From Candidatus Aenigmatarchaeota archaeon (lineage in GTDB: Archaea; Aenigmatarchaeota; Aenigmatarchaeia; GW2011-AR5; JACRMX01): a DNA stretch of 49,906 bases. The stretch spans positions 1-49,906 of the forward strand of contig JACRMX010000003.1 of the NCBI GenBank assembly GCA_016219485.1, read 5' to 3'. The notes beneath the pieces were generated by a model that saw only the letters and a list, made by a program, of their open reading frames with translations, was not told the origin of the DNA and made no database searches. Positions 27,140 to 37,100 of the stretch are shown here, piece by piece. Both the position numbers and the translations under genes were made by a program. Position 1 is the first letter of the stretch; each line of letters begins with the position of its first letter.

Positions 27140-27688
27140 ATGAAAAAAATTATTTTACTGCTAATGCTTCTGCTGCCTGTTGCCGTCAGCGCGCACACGG
27201 TGACTTTAACTGTAAAATTCAACATATCTGACAGCGACACTGTTTACATAAACAGCTCATCTTACGGAATAAACCAGAGCGCAAACCAGTCATGGGCCAA
27301 CCTTACAAAAAAGTATATAGGATCTTCCTATGATGGCTACAGCGCAGGCATGGTGTTTACAGGCGAAGACTTTATTCAGGTTTCTCTGGACAGCGAACGT
27401 ATATTCAGAATGAAGCAGGGAGATGAAAATAAATTTTCCCTGTTCTTTACAAAAACGGACTGGTCATTTGCGGATAACAGGATTTTGTCAGCCGGAAGGC
27501 TCATGCGCACAACTTTTGGGCAGGCACTTTCGCTCATAAACCCGTCATCTGTTTTTCTGCAGCTTCACTACAGCTATATTGACATAATAAACGATGAGCA
27601 GTGGGGAAGCGGGTCCCATGAGATTCTGATAAAGAATACTGGAAGACTGAATGGAAAAAATACGATAAAAATAGAAAAGGTGAGGTAA
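27140..27688 (+). CDS. Secreted protein with a Sec-type signal peptide
   Basis: The N-terminus is MKKIILLLMLLLPVAVSA-HT. No other motif. Lies within the pilus operon. Confidence 0.55.
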   Translation: MKKIILLLMLLLPVAVSAHTVTLTVKFNISDSDTVYINSSSYGINQSANQSWANLTKKYIGSSYDGYSAGMVFTGEDFIQVSLDSERIFRMKQGDENKFSLFFTKTDWSFADNRILSAGRLMRTTFGQALSLINPSSVFLQLHYSYIDIINDEQWGSGSHEILIKNTGRLNGKNTIKIEKVR

Positions 27689-28122
27689 TGAAAGGGCAAT
27701 CATCATTAATAGGGCATACAATAGCATTTGCGCTAAGCATAGGACTGATATCAGCGCTTGTTGTGGCGCTTTCTTCAGTGCAGACTAACTACAGGGAATT
27801 CACCATAGACCACGAAATAGGAAACGTATGTAACATGGTAAAAAATTCCGTTGAAAAAATATACTGGCCATCCTCCTATATGCCAATCAATACAACAATG
27901 GGCAGAATTGTAATTGAACTTCCTGAAAAAATCGGCGATATCGGATATGAGGCGCGGTTTGATAATACGTCGCTGAAAGTTGAGATGAATGAGCTTGCGA
28001 TAAACAGGTCATGTGAAATGGGCTTCAATATAAGTTTCAGTGGAAGGACTGACGGAGGGAGAACCGTCATAAAATGGCTTGCAGAATCTAAAAATAAAAT
28101 CATAATGGAAAGGGAAATCTGA
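27688..28122 (+). CDS. Minor pilin-like protein (class III signal peptide)
   Basis: MKG-QSSLIGHTIAFALSIGLISALVVAL. Its ATGA start overlaps the previous stop. Confidence 0.6.
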   Translation: MKGQSSLIGHTIAFALSIGLISALVVALSSVQTNYREFTIDHEIGNVCNMVKNSVEKIYWPSSYMPINTTMGRIVIELPEKIGDIGYEARFDNTSLKVEMNELAINRSCEMGFNISFSGRTDGGRTVIKWLAESKNKIIMEREI

Positions 28123-28913
28123 TGGCAACCCAGATAGACTTCATAGTTGCTGCAGGAGTTTTCATACTCATAACAGGGTTTGTGCTTTTTTTTACAACAG
28201 ACTATCTGGAAACGATAAGAACATCAGTCAAAATAGCTGAACTCCGCTCTGATGCAATGAGCCTGCTGTCGCTTGCTGACAGGGACTTTGAATATGCTCC
28301 GCAGACAACGAGAATCGGGCTGCATTCGTATGCCTACAGGTTATGGATATTGGTAAATAACACGCAGGAGAATCTCGTCAATCAGAGCCTCGCGCCAATA
28401 AGGCTGGAAAATGAGCTTGTGACATTCAGCTATGCACAGCTTGGATTTGGCAGCGTAGACTACAACTCAACAGCTGTGTATGAAAATGGCACGCATGAAA
28501 TAGCGAGGCAGGTTTCAGGCAATACCGTAAGCTTTTCAACAGCTATTGATGCCAGCGAAGAAAAATGGTTTCTTGTCTATTTTGATGACGACTCCAATTT
28601 CACAAGAAGCTCGGATAATGTATCAGGAAGCAGCAATATCACGGAAAAAATTTTCCCTGTTTATAAAATCAGCCTTGTACAGTACAAAAAAATTCAGACA
28701 GTTGAATCCCTTGGCTATGAGAGCCTGAGGAATACAACAGGCGCGAAAAATTTCAGAATAACAATTACAGACATTTCGGATAGCCAGAATATTCTGGATT
28801 TCGGCGGCACGGTACCAAAGGAAGCCAACGTCGTGGCGCTCGACAGGCGTGTCATTTTCCAGAACGAGACTGGTGGAATAAGAAGCGGAGATCTGATAGT
28901 AAAAATATGGTGA
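28122..28913 (+). CDS. Pilin-like or pilus-associated protein with an N-terminal hydrophobic helix
   Basis: MATQIDFIVAAGVFILITGFVLFF. Translationally coupled to the previous gene (TGATG). Confidence 0.5.
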   Translation: MATQIDFIVAAGVFILITGFVLFFTTDYLETIRTSVKIAELRSDAMSLLSLADRDFEYAPQTTRIGLHSYAYRLWILVNNTQENLVNQSLAPIRLENELVTFSYAQLGFGSVDYNSTAVYENGTHEIARQVSGNTVSFSTAIDASEEKWFLVYFDDDSNFTRSSDNVSGSSNITEKIFPVYKISLVQYKKIQTVESLGYESLRNTTGAKNFRITITDISDSQNILDFGGTVPKEANVVALDRRVIFQNETGGIRSGDLIVKIW

Positions 28914-28917
28914 TAGC

Positions 28918-29304
28918 ATGAAAGGGTATATTTACACACTTGAGGTCCTGATAGCAGCATCGCTCATATTCGTAACGCTTGCCCTCATCTATAAAACTCC
29001 TCCAATAAAGCCGGAGATGCAGCTGAGCACCATGGAAAAAACAGGCTCGAATGCGCTGGATTACTTTTACGAAAAAGGCGATATGAGAATATGGGCATAC
29101 TATAACAATGAAAGCATATTCGAGTCAGAGCTCAGAAATGTAATACCAAGGTCGGTTGACTTCGAGATTTCGCTAAGCCGCGAATGCGACTCCAAAAATG
29201 TCCCTGAAAATAGGACCGTTATAGTTGTTACCAGATATATCTCCGGGTTGAACGACAAGTTGGATATCAAAAAAGTATGCCTGTATATGTGGGAGGGCTA
29301 CTGA
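28918..29304 (+). CDS. Minor pilin-like protein (class III signal peptide)
   Basis: MKG-YIYTLEVLIAASLIFVTLALIY. Confidence 0.6.
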   Translation: MKGYIYTLEVLIAASLIFVTLALIYKTPPIKPEMQLSTMEKTGSNALDYFYEKGDMRIWAYYNNESIFESELRNVIPRSVDFEISLSRECDSKNVPENRTVIVVTRYISGLNDKLDIKKVCLYMWEGY

Positions 29305-29897
29305 TGAAAGGCCAGGTCTTTCTTATAGGCGCTATTATAATACTCATAGCCATAGTTCTGCTGAAGAACCTGTACAGCATATACGACACGCTGGAAGAAA
29401 AGAGGTGGGTTGAAAGCGGTGATATTGAAAAGAAAATAAAAAATATAATCAGGGAGTACGGCTATTCTGCCGGCATAGCAACAGTCCAGAAAAGTGTGAA
29501 TGCAGAATACCTGAATGAGCTGTCTGTTTTTCTGGGAAATGATACGGACATAGAGAGCCTGTACATTTTTGCCTATGCCAATGGAACGCGGTATGATGTT
29601 ACTGTCGGAAATTTTCTTGGAGAAAGAATAAACGCAACTGTAAATGCAACAAACTCAACGCCGGCATCATATGCATTCGGGGTGCTGGAAGACAAAACCA
29701 ATTTAACAGCCAGCTTTGTTTCCGGGATAAATGGCAGCATAACGCTGACTCTGAGCTACACAGCTGAAAATAAAATAGTGAATGAAAATATCATCCTTGC
29801 CATAGCAAATAATTCTATGGTGTCATTCTTTGATGTAAAACTAAAAGAGAATGACCTGTGGCTAAGAAGCAAAGATGTGTTCAACAGGACGTGGTAG
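29304..29897 (+). CDS. Minor pilin-like protein (class III signal peptide)
   Basis: The start was reset to ATG 29304 (ATGA overlap). The N-terminus is MKG-QVFLIGAIIILIAIVLL. Confidence 0.6.
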   Translation: MKGQVFLIGAIIILIAIVLLKNLYSIYDTLEEKRWVESGDIEKKIKNIIREYGYSAGIATVQKSVNAEYLNELSVFLGNDTDIESLYIFAYANGTRYDVTVGNFLGERINATVNATNSTPASYAFGVLEDKTNLTASFVSGINGSITLTLSYTAENKIVNENIILAIANNSMVSFFDVKLKENDLWLRSKDVFNRTW

Positions 29898-29898
29898 C

Positions 29899-30588
29899 AT
29901 GGATTCGCTAATATCAACGGTTGTGGTAATTCTCATCGCCGTTACATCATTTTCCATCGTACTGACAGCCGGCGTTCCTCTTATAGAAAAATCTCTGGAC
30001 AGTATAAAATTTTCAGAAGCTGAAAAAATCTTCAGCTACATAGACAACTGCATAAACGAAGTGGCCAACGAAGGTCCTGGGGCATCGCGCATACTGAAGT
30101 TCAGGACAGATGCCAAAAACTTCAGGGTTTCATCACAGGACAATTCCATAGAAGTTGAAATGGGAACAGCTGCAAAGCTGATGGATTATTATTCCCGGAG
30201 CATCCATGGAAACATCATACAGGTATCTGGAAATGACATGAGCTGCACAAACACGACGAGCGCCATAGCAATGGGGAACAGTTATATTTCAGTAATTCTC
30301 AGGCATACGCCACAGGCTAGCCCCATGGCTGTCATTGATACATCCGGCATAATAGCAAATATTACTGAAAAAAGATCCGGGCGTTCCATCGCTTTTGCAG
30401 ATTCATCCATAGCCATTGATGAGAATGAAGAGACGAGCAGTGGCGTAGGCTATACTGAACTTGTGTCACAAGGCAGGTCTTTATGCAGGGCCCATGCCTT
30501 TGTCAATTCAACGGTTAAATACGACGTTTACTACACTTTATATGCGGGCGCGGATTTTTTAGATATAGAAATAAGAAATGTGGTGTGA
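29899..30588 (+). CDS. Pilin_N-type pilin-like protein (paralog of 26428-27135)
   Basis: The start was reset to ATG 29899. The N-terminus is MDSLISTVVVILIAVTSFSIVL. Internal and C-terminal similarity to the 26428 gene. Confidence 0.65.
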   Translation: MDSLISTVVVILIAVTSFSIVLTAGVPLIEKSLDSIKFSEAEKIFSYIDNCINEVANEGPGASRILKFRTDAKNFRVSSQDNSIEVEMGTAAKLMDYYSRSIHGNIIQVSGNDMSCTNTTSAIAMGNSYISVILRHTPQASPMAVIDTSGIIANITEKRSGRSIAFADSSIAIDENEETSSGVGYTELVSQGRSLCRAHAFVNSTVKYDVYYTLYAGADFLDIEIRNVV

Positions 30589-30592
30589 ATCT

Positions 30593-31519
30593 ATGTGGGC
30601 AATTGTGCTGCTTCTTCTGCTTGGCCTGTTCCTGCTATCAAGATTCAGCGATCTGTGCGTGAGGTCTGTTGAAAAGTTTGCAGGCATAATAGGAATAAGC
30701 CACATGGCTATTGGCTTTGTGGTCGTTGGCATAACTACGTCGCTGCCTGAACTGGCTGTGGCAATAACATCTGCGCTCAAAGGGGAAGGCGCGTTGGGTG
30801 TAGGAACACTGATAGGTGCCAACATTGCTGACATGACTGTAGTAATTGGTGCGGTAGCATTGTTTACAGTTTTCAGAATCGTAAAAAAAGATGCTAAAGA
30901 AATATACAACGCCATTGCAATAACATCGGTCATCGCTGTATTCGCCATTTTTCTGCCACGAATTGATGCGTACTTCGGCATGTTCTGCCTGATTCTTTTC
31001 TGGCTCTCAATAGCCACCATTATGAAAAAGGGTATTCCTGTTGCCAGAAGAAACAAGAACATTATGCTGCCAACAGCCGAGGTTATGAAAGCCATTTTAA
31101 TTGTAGCAGTAAGCATAACGCTTGTTGTAATAAGCGCACAGATTGTTGTAAATGCAGCGATAGAAATTTCAAAAATTTTCGGATTGGCTGAAACCCTTAT
31201 CGGTGCAGGCATTATTGCATTCGGTACGACGCTGCCTGAGCTTACTGTAAGCATCGCTGCTGTCAGAAGAGGAAACTACTCCCTTGCAATAGGAAACTCC
31301 ATAGGCTCTCTTGTAACGAACCTGGCTCTCATACTTGGATTGAGCTCCATCCTTTCAGTAACTCTGCTTACCGGACTGGAACATGCGGCATTCTCTATGC
31401 TACTCGTTGCAAACGTTCTATTCCTTATATTGAGCATGAGAATGAAATTTGACAGGATAGCAGGAATCATTTTGCTGGCAGGCCATGCACTGATGCTGAT
31501 AATCTTATTTTCGATTTAG
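30593..31519 (+). CDS. Na+/Ca2+ exchanger family (CaCA, YrbG-like) membrane transporter
   Basis: Two alpha-repeat motifs are present, GITTSLPELAVAITSA and AFGTTLPELTVSIAAV. About 10 TM segments. Confidence 0.85.
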   Translation: MWAIVLLLLLGLFLLSRFSDLCVRSVEKFAGIIGISHMAIGFVVVGITTSLPELAVAITSALKGEGALGVGTLIGANIADMTVVIGAVALFTVFRIVKKDAKEIYNAIAITSVIAVFAIFLPRIDAYFGMFCLILFWLSIATIMKKGIPVARRNKNIMLPTAEVMKAILIVAVSITLVVISAQIVVNAAIEISKIFGLAETLIGAGIIAFGTTLPELTVSIAAVRRGNYSLAIGNSIGSLVTNLALILGLSSILSVTLLTGLEHAAFSMLLVANVLFLILSMRMKFDRIAGIILLAGHALMLIILFSI

Positions 31520-31957
31520 GATAAGACTGGTTTTCTTTTTTCCAAGCAGCTCCCCGTTCCGGGCATCAAATTCCCATGAAGCAACGTCCATCGACCTTCC
31601 GATAACATTAATAGTCCATACATGCTTTTTGTGAAGAAAAACAAGGGTTTTTATCGCGCCTTTCATTATACTGACGTTCTTAAGCACTTCCGCAAGCTCA
31701 ACTTTTACGTTGTCCGGCTCAAGTGGCTTCGTTGGTTTCAGTGCAGGGGCTTCTCCCCCTTCTTTTATATCCGAAGAAACATAGAAATCCACGATGGTTT
31801 TTTTCTTCGGGTTGTAAAAGTTGACTATCCATTCCGAAGGCTCTTCTGCGCCTTTTAGCGTAGTAAAACAAGATGCCAAAAAATAATCCTTTCTGGCTTT
31901 GATGCCGCCTTCATCAAGAACCCTTTTAATAGCATCTTTTACGTTCATTTTCAACAC
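31505..31957 (-). CDS. Hypothetical protein (150 aa)
   Basis: ORF directly abutting the 31958 gene. No confident motif. Confidence 0.45.
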   Translation of the reverse strand: MLKMNVKDAIKRVLDEGGIKARKDYFLASCFTTLKGAEEPSEWIVNFYNPKKKTIVDFYVSSDIKEGGEAPALKPTKPLEPDNVKVELAEVLKNVSIMKGAIKTLVFLHKKHVWTINVIGRSMDVASWEFDARNGELLGKKKTSLILNRK

Positions 31958-32194
31958 TCATTCTTTGCCCATTTCTTTTATGTTTTCAGAAACAAATTTC
32001 ACAACTGAGCTGTCCAGAGGTATTGTGAATGATTTTTTATATCTCTTTTCGCCGGTTGGTGTCTTGAAACCTCTGCTCAGCGATATGAAGGTATTTTCGC
32101 CTTCCTCTGTTTTTGCCTTCTTTCTTGCTACTTCAATGAAGTTGTTGTTTCCAAATTCGATTTCTTTTGCTTTCAGCGTTTCGAATTCTACCAT
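31958..32194 (-). CDS. Small basic protein, possibly PC4/YdbC-like ssDNA-binding
   Basis: 78 aa. IEFGNNNFIEVARKK...FISLSRGFKTPTGEKRYKKSFTIP loosely resembles the PC4-like beta-sheet pattern. It is co-oriented with XPD and topA. Weak call. Confidence 0.3.
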   Translation of the reverse strand: MVEFETLKAKEIEFGNNNFIEVARKKAKTEEGENTFISLSRGFKTPTGEKRYKKSFTIPLDSSVVKFVSENIKEMGKE

Positions 32195-32218
32195 GTTATT
32201 TCCTCCTTGTCATCGTTT

Positions 32219-34117
32219 CTAATTGATATAGGCGTTATCTTTATAAAGTTTAAAATTCTGTCTGAAAAAATTTTCTATCAGGACTTCAGGGCTCTTTGTG
32301 ACATGGATTGCCATGTCCCTCGGAAACAGCTTCCTGTAGTTGTTCCATAAAAAGCGCTTGTCCATGAATATGCAAACACCACGGTCTGTCTCGCTTCGTA
32401 TGCATCGTCCGGCTGTCTGAAGAGCGCGCAGAACAGCCGGATAAACATAAGCGTATTCCCAGCCTTTGCCAAATTTCTTATTGTAGTGATCTATAAGCGC
32501 CTGAACCTTCAGTGTGGGCTTTTCCAGCGCAACACCGACAACTATGACAGCATTCAGCGCTTCACCAGGATAATCTGTGCCTTCTGCATAGGACCCGGAT
32601 TGCGCTCCTAGAAGCATGCCGCCTTCCGTGTAGCTTGATATGAATGTTTCGTAGAGAATATTTTTTTCCTTCTTGGTCATGCCCTGCTCTTCTATGAACA
32701 GCATTTTGTCTGTAGTCAGAAAGTTCATCACCATATCCCGCATGCTGTAGCTTGGAAAAAATACTGCTATATTTCCCGGTATTTTTGAAGCGCATTTGTT
32801 TATGTACGATGCCATCGTCCTGTACTGTTCATCATTTCTTTCCGTGTATTTTGTCGTGACATCAGGCAATGCTATATTGAGCCTGTTCTCCCTAGGAAAG
32901 TCTGACTTGTACTCTCTGTAAACAGACCTGCCGGCTTCAAGCCCGAGAACATCTCTGTACATCTCAGCAGGCCTGAGCGTTCCAGACATGAGCACAGAAG
33001 AATGAATTGCCGTGAATATATCACGGGTTATCAGCGATGGGTCAAGGCAGTCATAGTGCAGTGTTATAACTTTTTTCTTTCTTATTGTCTCTGACTTCAG
33101 TATTCTTGCAAAGCCCTCGTCCTCGCCAGGCCATGCCTGCAGGAAGCCTGCGATGCCGCCTATAAAGGACTTTCTCTTTTCATCCCTGACTATGTCAGCT
33201 GCCTCTGAAAGGCTTGTAATAAGGTCAAAATAATCGCAGCTGCTTTCTATCCCTGATATCAGCTCCTGCTTTTTGACAAACCTGTCTTCTCCGGAGTACT
33301 GCTCGTTTACGATTGATTTTATGAGGTCAATTTTTTCAGTCAGTTCATCGTCTTTAAGTTCCTCTGCCTCCTTTCGTGCATTGTGCAGGCCAAGCGTGGA
33401 CATTCTCTGCGAAAGAAGTTTTCTCACGCGCTCTGGCAGATTGTGCGCCTCATCCACAATAAGTATGCAGTCACCAAGCTCCTTTTTCATTCTTCCCAGA
33501 AGCTGCTCCCTTATTATTGAAAACATGTGATAATAATCTCCGATTACAAGGCTGCTTTCCCTTGCCAGCCTCAGCACAATCTCATAAGAGCAGTGAAGCC
33601 TTGCCATATCCTTAATTTCCTCTGCATGCCTTGGCTGCTTTTTTATATCATGCAGGCAAGCGTAGGCAGATTTTGTAAACTTCTGGTTTTCAATTGTCTT
33701 GTTGAAAAAAGCGCACCTTCCTGTTTCCCTCATTCTTTTGCAGAATTCAAAAAAGTCTGGCATCGGCAGCGTGTCAACAGCAGGCTGGTTGCACAGCCAT
33801 TTTTTTCCTATTATGTCCGCAGCAACTATGCCAGCGCCCTTCTGGTTCATTTTCTTTATTGTTTCTATTACAATCCTGTGCTGCGAGTGGCGGGATGTGA
33901 GAAAGAAAACAACCTTTCCGTTGTCAACAGCGTATTCCATTGCAGGCACCAGGACAGCAGCTGTTTTTCCTATTCCTGTCGGCGCATCTGCAAGCAGATG
34001 ATTTCCTGAAGCCACGCAATTTGCAACATCTTCCATAAAATCTTTCTGCCCGGCGCGTATTTTGTCAAACGGAAAAAACCTCATAGAAGAAACATTTTCC
34101 GGCAATTTTAAATGCAT
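32219..34117 (-). CDS. xpd: XPD/Rad3-family Fe-S DNA helicase
   Basis: Walker A is ADAPTGIGKT and the DEAH box is IVDEAHNL. Four Cys lie in the Fe-S insertion (CNQ...C KRMRETGRC ...C). Late helicase motifs include QTAGRCIR. Confidence 0.85.
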   Translation of the reverse strand: MHLKLPENVSSMRFFPFDKIRAGQKDFMEDVANCVASGNHLLADAPTGIGKTAAVLVPAMEYAVDNGKVVFFLTSRHSQHRIVIETIKKMNQKGAGIVAADIIGKKWLCNQPAVDTLPMPDFFEFCKRMRETGRCAFFNKTIENQKFTKSAYACLHDIKKQPRHAEEIKDMARLHCSYEIVLRLARESSLVIGDYYHMFSIIREQLLGRMKKELGDCILIVDEAHNLPERVRKLLSQRMSTLGLHNARKEAEELKDDELTEKIDLIKSIVNEQYSGEDRFVKKQELISGIESSCDYFDLITSLSEAADIVRDEKRKSFIGGIAGFLQAWPGEDEGFARILKSETIRKKKVITLHYDCLDPSLITRDIFTAIHSSVLMSGTLRPAEMYRDVLGLEAGRSVYREYKSDFPRENRLNIALPDVTTKYTERNDEQYRTMASYINKCASKIPGNIAVFFPSYSMRDMVMNFLTTDKMLFIEEQGMTKKEKNILYETFISSYTEGGMLLGAQSGSYAEGTDYPGEALNAVIVVGVALEKPTLKVQALIDHYNKKFGKGWEYAYVYPAVLRALQTAGRCIRSETDRGVCIFMDKRFLWNNYRKLFPRDMAIHVTKSPEVLIENFFRQNFKLYKDNAYIN

Positions 34118-37100
34118 TAAGATATCTTGCTTTGAACTGTTTTTTTCGCCTCTTCGCTTGTCTTTCTGCTTTCCTTTTTTGCTTTTTCGAGCTTTGCCTT
34201 GTCAAGCCAGTCTTTTTTTGTAGGGCACTCCATGTCCAGGCACATCCGGAATGGCCTGCCTCCCTGCCGCCTTACCTGTATAATAGGCGTCTTGCATTCG
34301 TTGCATGTCTTTCCTGTGCTCATGATAAGCCCTTCGTGCGGAAGCGGAAAGCCGACTCTACAGCCCTTTTTGTAGCCAGAGCACCCGACAAATCTTTTCT
34401 TCGTTTTCCAGTTCTTATGGACTTTTAGCGTCCCGCCGCATTTCAGGCATACGCCCAGTTTATTTTGCTTATCCTGCGTTGCTATGACAGCATCTGTCAG
34501 CTCTTCGCCTATTTTTTTCTCTTTCTTTTTGAACTCTGCTGAAATTTTTTCTATTGTTTTTTTTGCATCCTCAAGAACATCTTCCCTTTTTTTGTTCCCC
34601 TGCTCGACAAGGTCGCACTCCTCTTCAAAGTGGCGCGTAAGCTTTTCTGAAACAACTTCTGAAACATTTTTTTCAAGTATATTCGCAAGATTTACTCCAA
34701 GTTCAGTAACTTCAATGCTGCTCCCTATGAGATAGCCACGGTTATATAGTATCTGCAGAATAGATGAACGCGTAGAATTATGAACCAATACTGAACCATT
34801 AGTTATGAAATTAGGAGACTCCGGCGACACGGAGATGTCAAACACAAACAAATTGTCATCATTAAGCTCTTCAATACTAGTAACCTCTGAGGCGTACAAC
34901 TCGCCAGAAATGTGCTCATAGCTGGCCCTTAACGCATGTATAAAATAGTCTTTGTCCAGAATCTCGTATAAAACTCTGTTAGGCGGTCTGGAATATGGCG
35001 AAAGTCTTTTTCTTTTTATGATACCAAGTTTAACCAACCGCTTCAAAGCTGTTTCTATTTCATAAGCATTATATCCTGTAATATGCTTAAGCTGGCATGC
35101 ATCAAGATCATGTTTTTTCAATGCCAATAATAGAGCATAACATACTTGCAGCCTCTTATACCTTAAACAATCGGCCATCAGACCTTTATAAAGAATATTT
35201 CTTTTGTGGTCTACATCAAAACCTACTTTCCATGCATATCTATCTACATTATCTCTGCTTCCAATTCGTATTGTGAAGCAGTCAAAATATTTTTCCTTTA
35301 GTTTTGCCTTTTGTTCATGGACCATGACTTCAATCCCAATAGAAGCCAGAAGATCCTTTATCCATAAAATATGGTCTTTTCTGGCTAATGAAATTTTAAC
35401 TCTTGGCACGCCATGAGCCATGCATGCAGTGCCTTGTATTTTTACCGGACCTATATTTCTAAAATGAACATTGCCATCTGCATCAAAGAACCCCCGCAAA
35501 AAGTCTCCGCAAAATTCTGCAGGAATGTCAAACCGTGCTTTGCTTTTAATTTCAGGAAAATTTTCTGCCATAAATCTTGAAATCAAAGCATTACACTGAA
35601 CCTTATATTGATTATTTTTGACTAGATAAACGCCTAGTTCCACACCAAATATTCTTTTTATGCGTTTTTTCAGAATATTCAAAGCTTTTTTTTCTGTAGT
35701 GGTGAAGTAAACCTGATGAGAACCGTTATATTTTGGAGAGCTATAGCTTCCATCACCATAAAAATAACCCAGCAACCATGCCAAATCACTTGTCCATTTA
35801 ATAGGCAGGGCATTTCTGTTTATACCTAAATTACCTTTTGAAGAAAACTTGTTAAGATACATATCATTGTATAGCTTGAAATTTCTATTAAGAAACCAGC
35901 TTTCGTCTGCCAAGGGCGCACCTGTTTTGTTTTTGGATATTATGCTGAGAAGCTTATCGCCTTTGGAAATGTCTTTTGCAGCCTTAAGTTTTACTCCGCC
36001 ATCAAAGAGATAGATAGGGTGGTCTCCTGTTGCTTTCAGTTCTCCTCCATTTATGCTAATACAGAATAATTTTTCATTTTTCATGAGTTTTCTTCTTGAT
36101 ATCAGTTGCGGCTTATGAAATTCAACATCAAAACTATTTTCATTCAGAGCTGCTTCAAGCGTGCGCTTTCCTGTAACGCTGAACAGCGCGCCATTGACAT
36201 CAAAAATAATTTTCTGTGACTCGCGCTTTGCAGGCTCGCCAAAGACTGCCATAAACCTGCGCACAACTAAATCATAAACATTCTTCTGCCTGTTGCCAAG
36301 CAGTTTAGGAACCTGCCATGTTGGATAAACAGCAGGGTGCGCAGGGTCTTTTTTCGCGCCCTCGTTGGGCTTTAATGAGCCCTGCAAAAGAAGGCTGGCG
36401 CCTTTTTCATACTCCTTGCGTTTTGAAAGGCTGGTAATAATGCGCTTGTAATTTATGTCAGCCGGCAATTTTTCGCTAGCTGTGCGCGGATACGAGATGT
36501 AACCTTTCTGGTACAATTCTTCTGCAAGCATCATGCCCTGCTGCGGCGAATAGCCGAAATAACGGTAGATATCAGCAAGCAGCGATGTAGTGTTGTAAGG
36601 TATTGGCGGTTTTTGCGTGTATTTTCTTGTTTTGATATCTGTAACAACAGCGTCCTTTGCCTTTGCCTTTTCCAGAAGCTTTTCAGCCTCTTTCCTATCC
36701 CATATTTTGTCTTTTTCATATTGTGCCTTCAGTGTTTCCTTGCCGATTTCAATCTGCGCCTCAATCTGCCAGAACGGCTTGGGCTTAAACGCCTGAATTT
36801 TTTTTTCATGTCTGGCAAGCATGTGTAGCACAGGACCCTGAACCCTGCCTGTAGATAAAATCCTGAATCTTTTGTTCGCAGCCTTTATTGCATTGGTCAG
36901 CGCCCTTGTTAAATTTATGCCCCAGTACCAGTCAAGATAATGCCGGGTAAATCCGGATTCGGCAAGATTTTTATTCAGTGATGTCGCGGCATGCTCGTAG
37001 CTTTCTATGAGCTCTTCTTTTACCATGGTACTAAATTTCATGCGGGCCGCATCGTTCTTTCCGCATATCAGGCTAAGAATATTGTAGCCTATTATCTCGC

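Noticed and set aside
30559-31254. The 231-aa minus-strand ORF.
   Set aside because: It is antisense to the CaCA transporter, which has two clear alpha-repeat motifs. This is typical mirror-frame hydrophobic ORF noise. The same reasoning applies to 26322-26960, 13277-13887, 16811-17296 and other long antisense ORFs.
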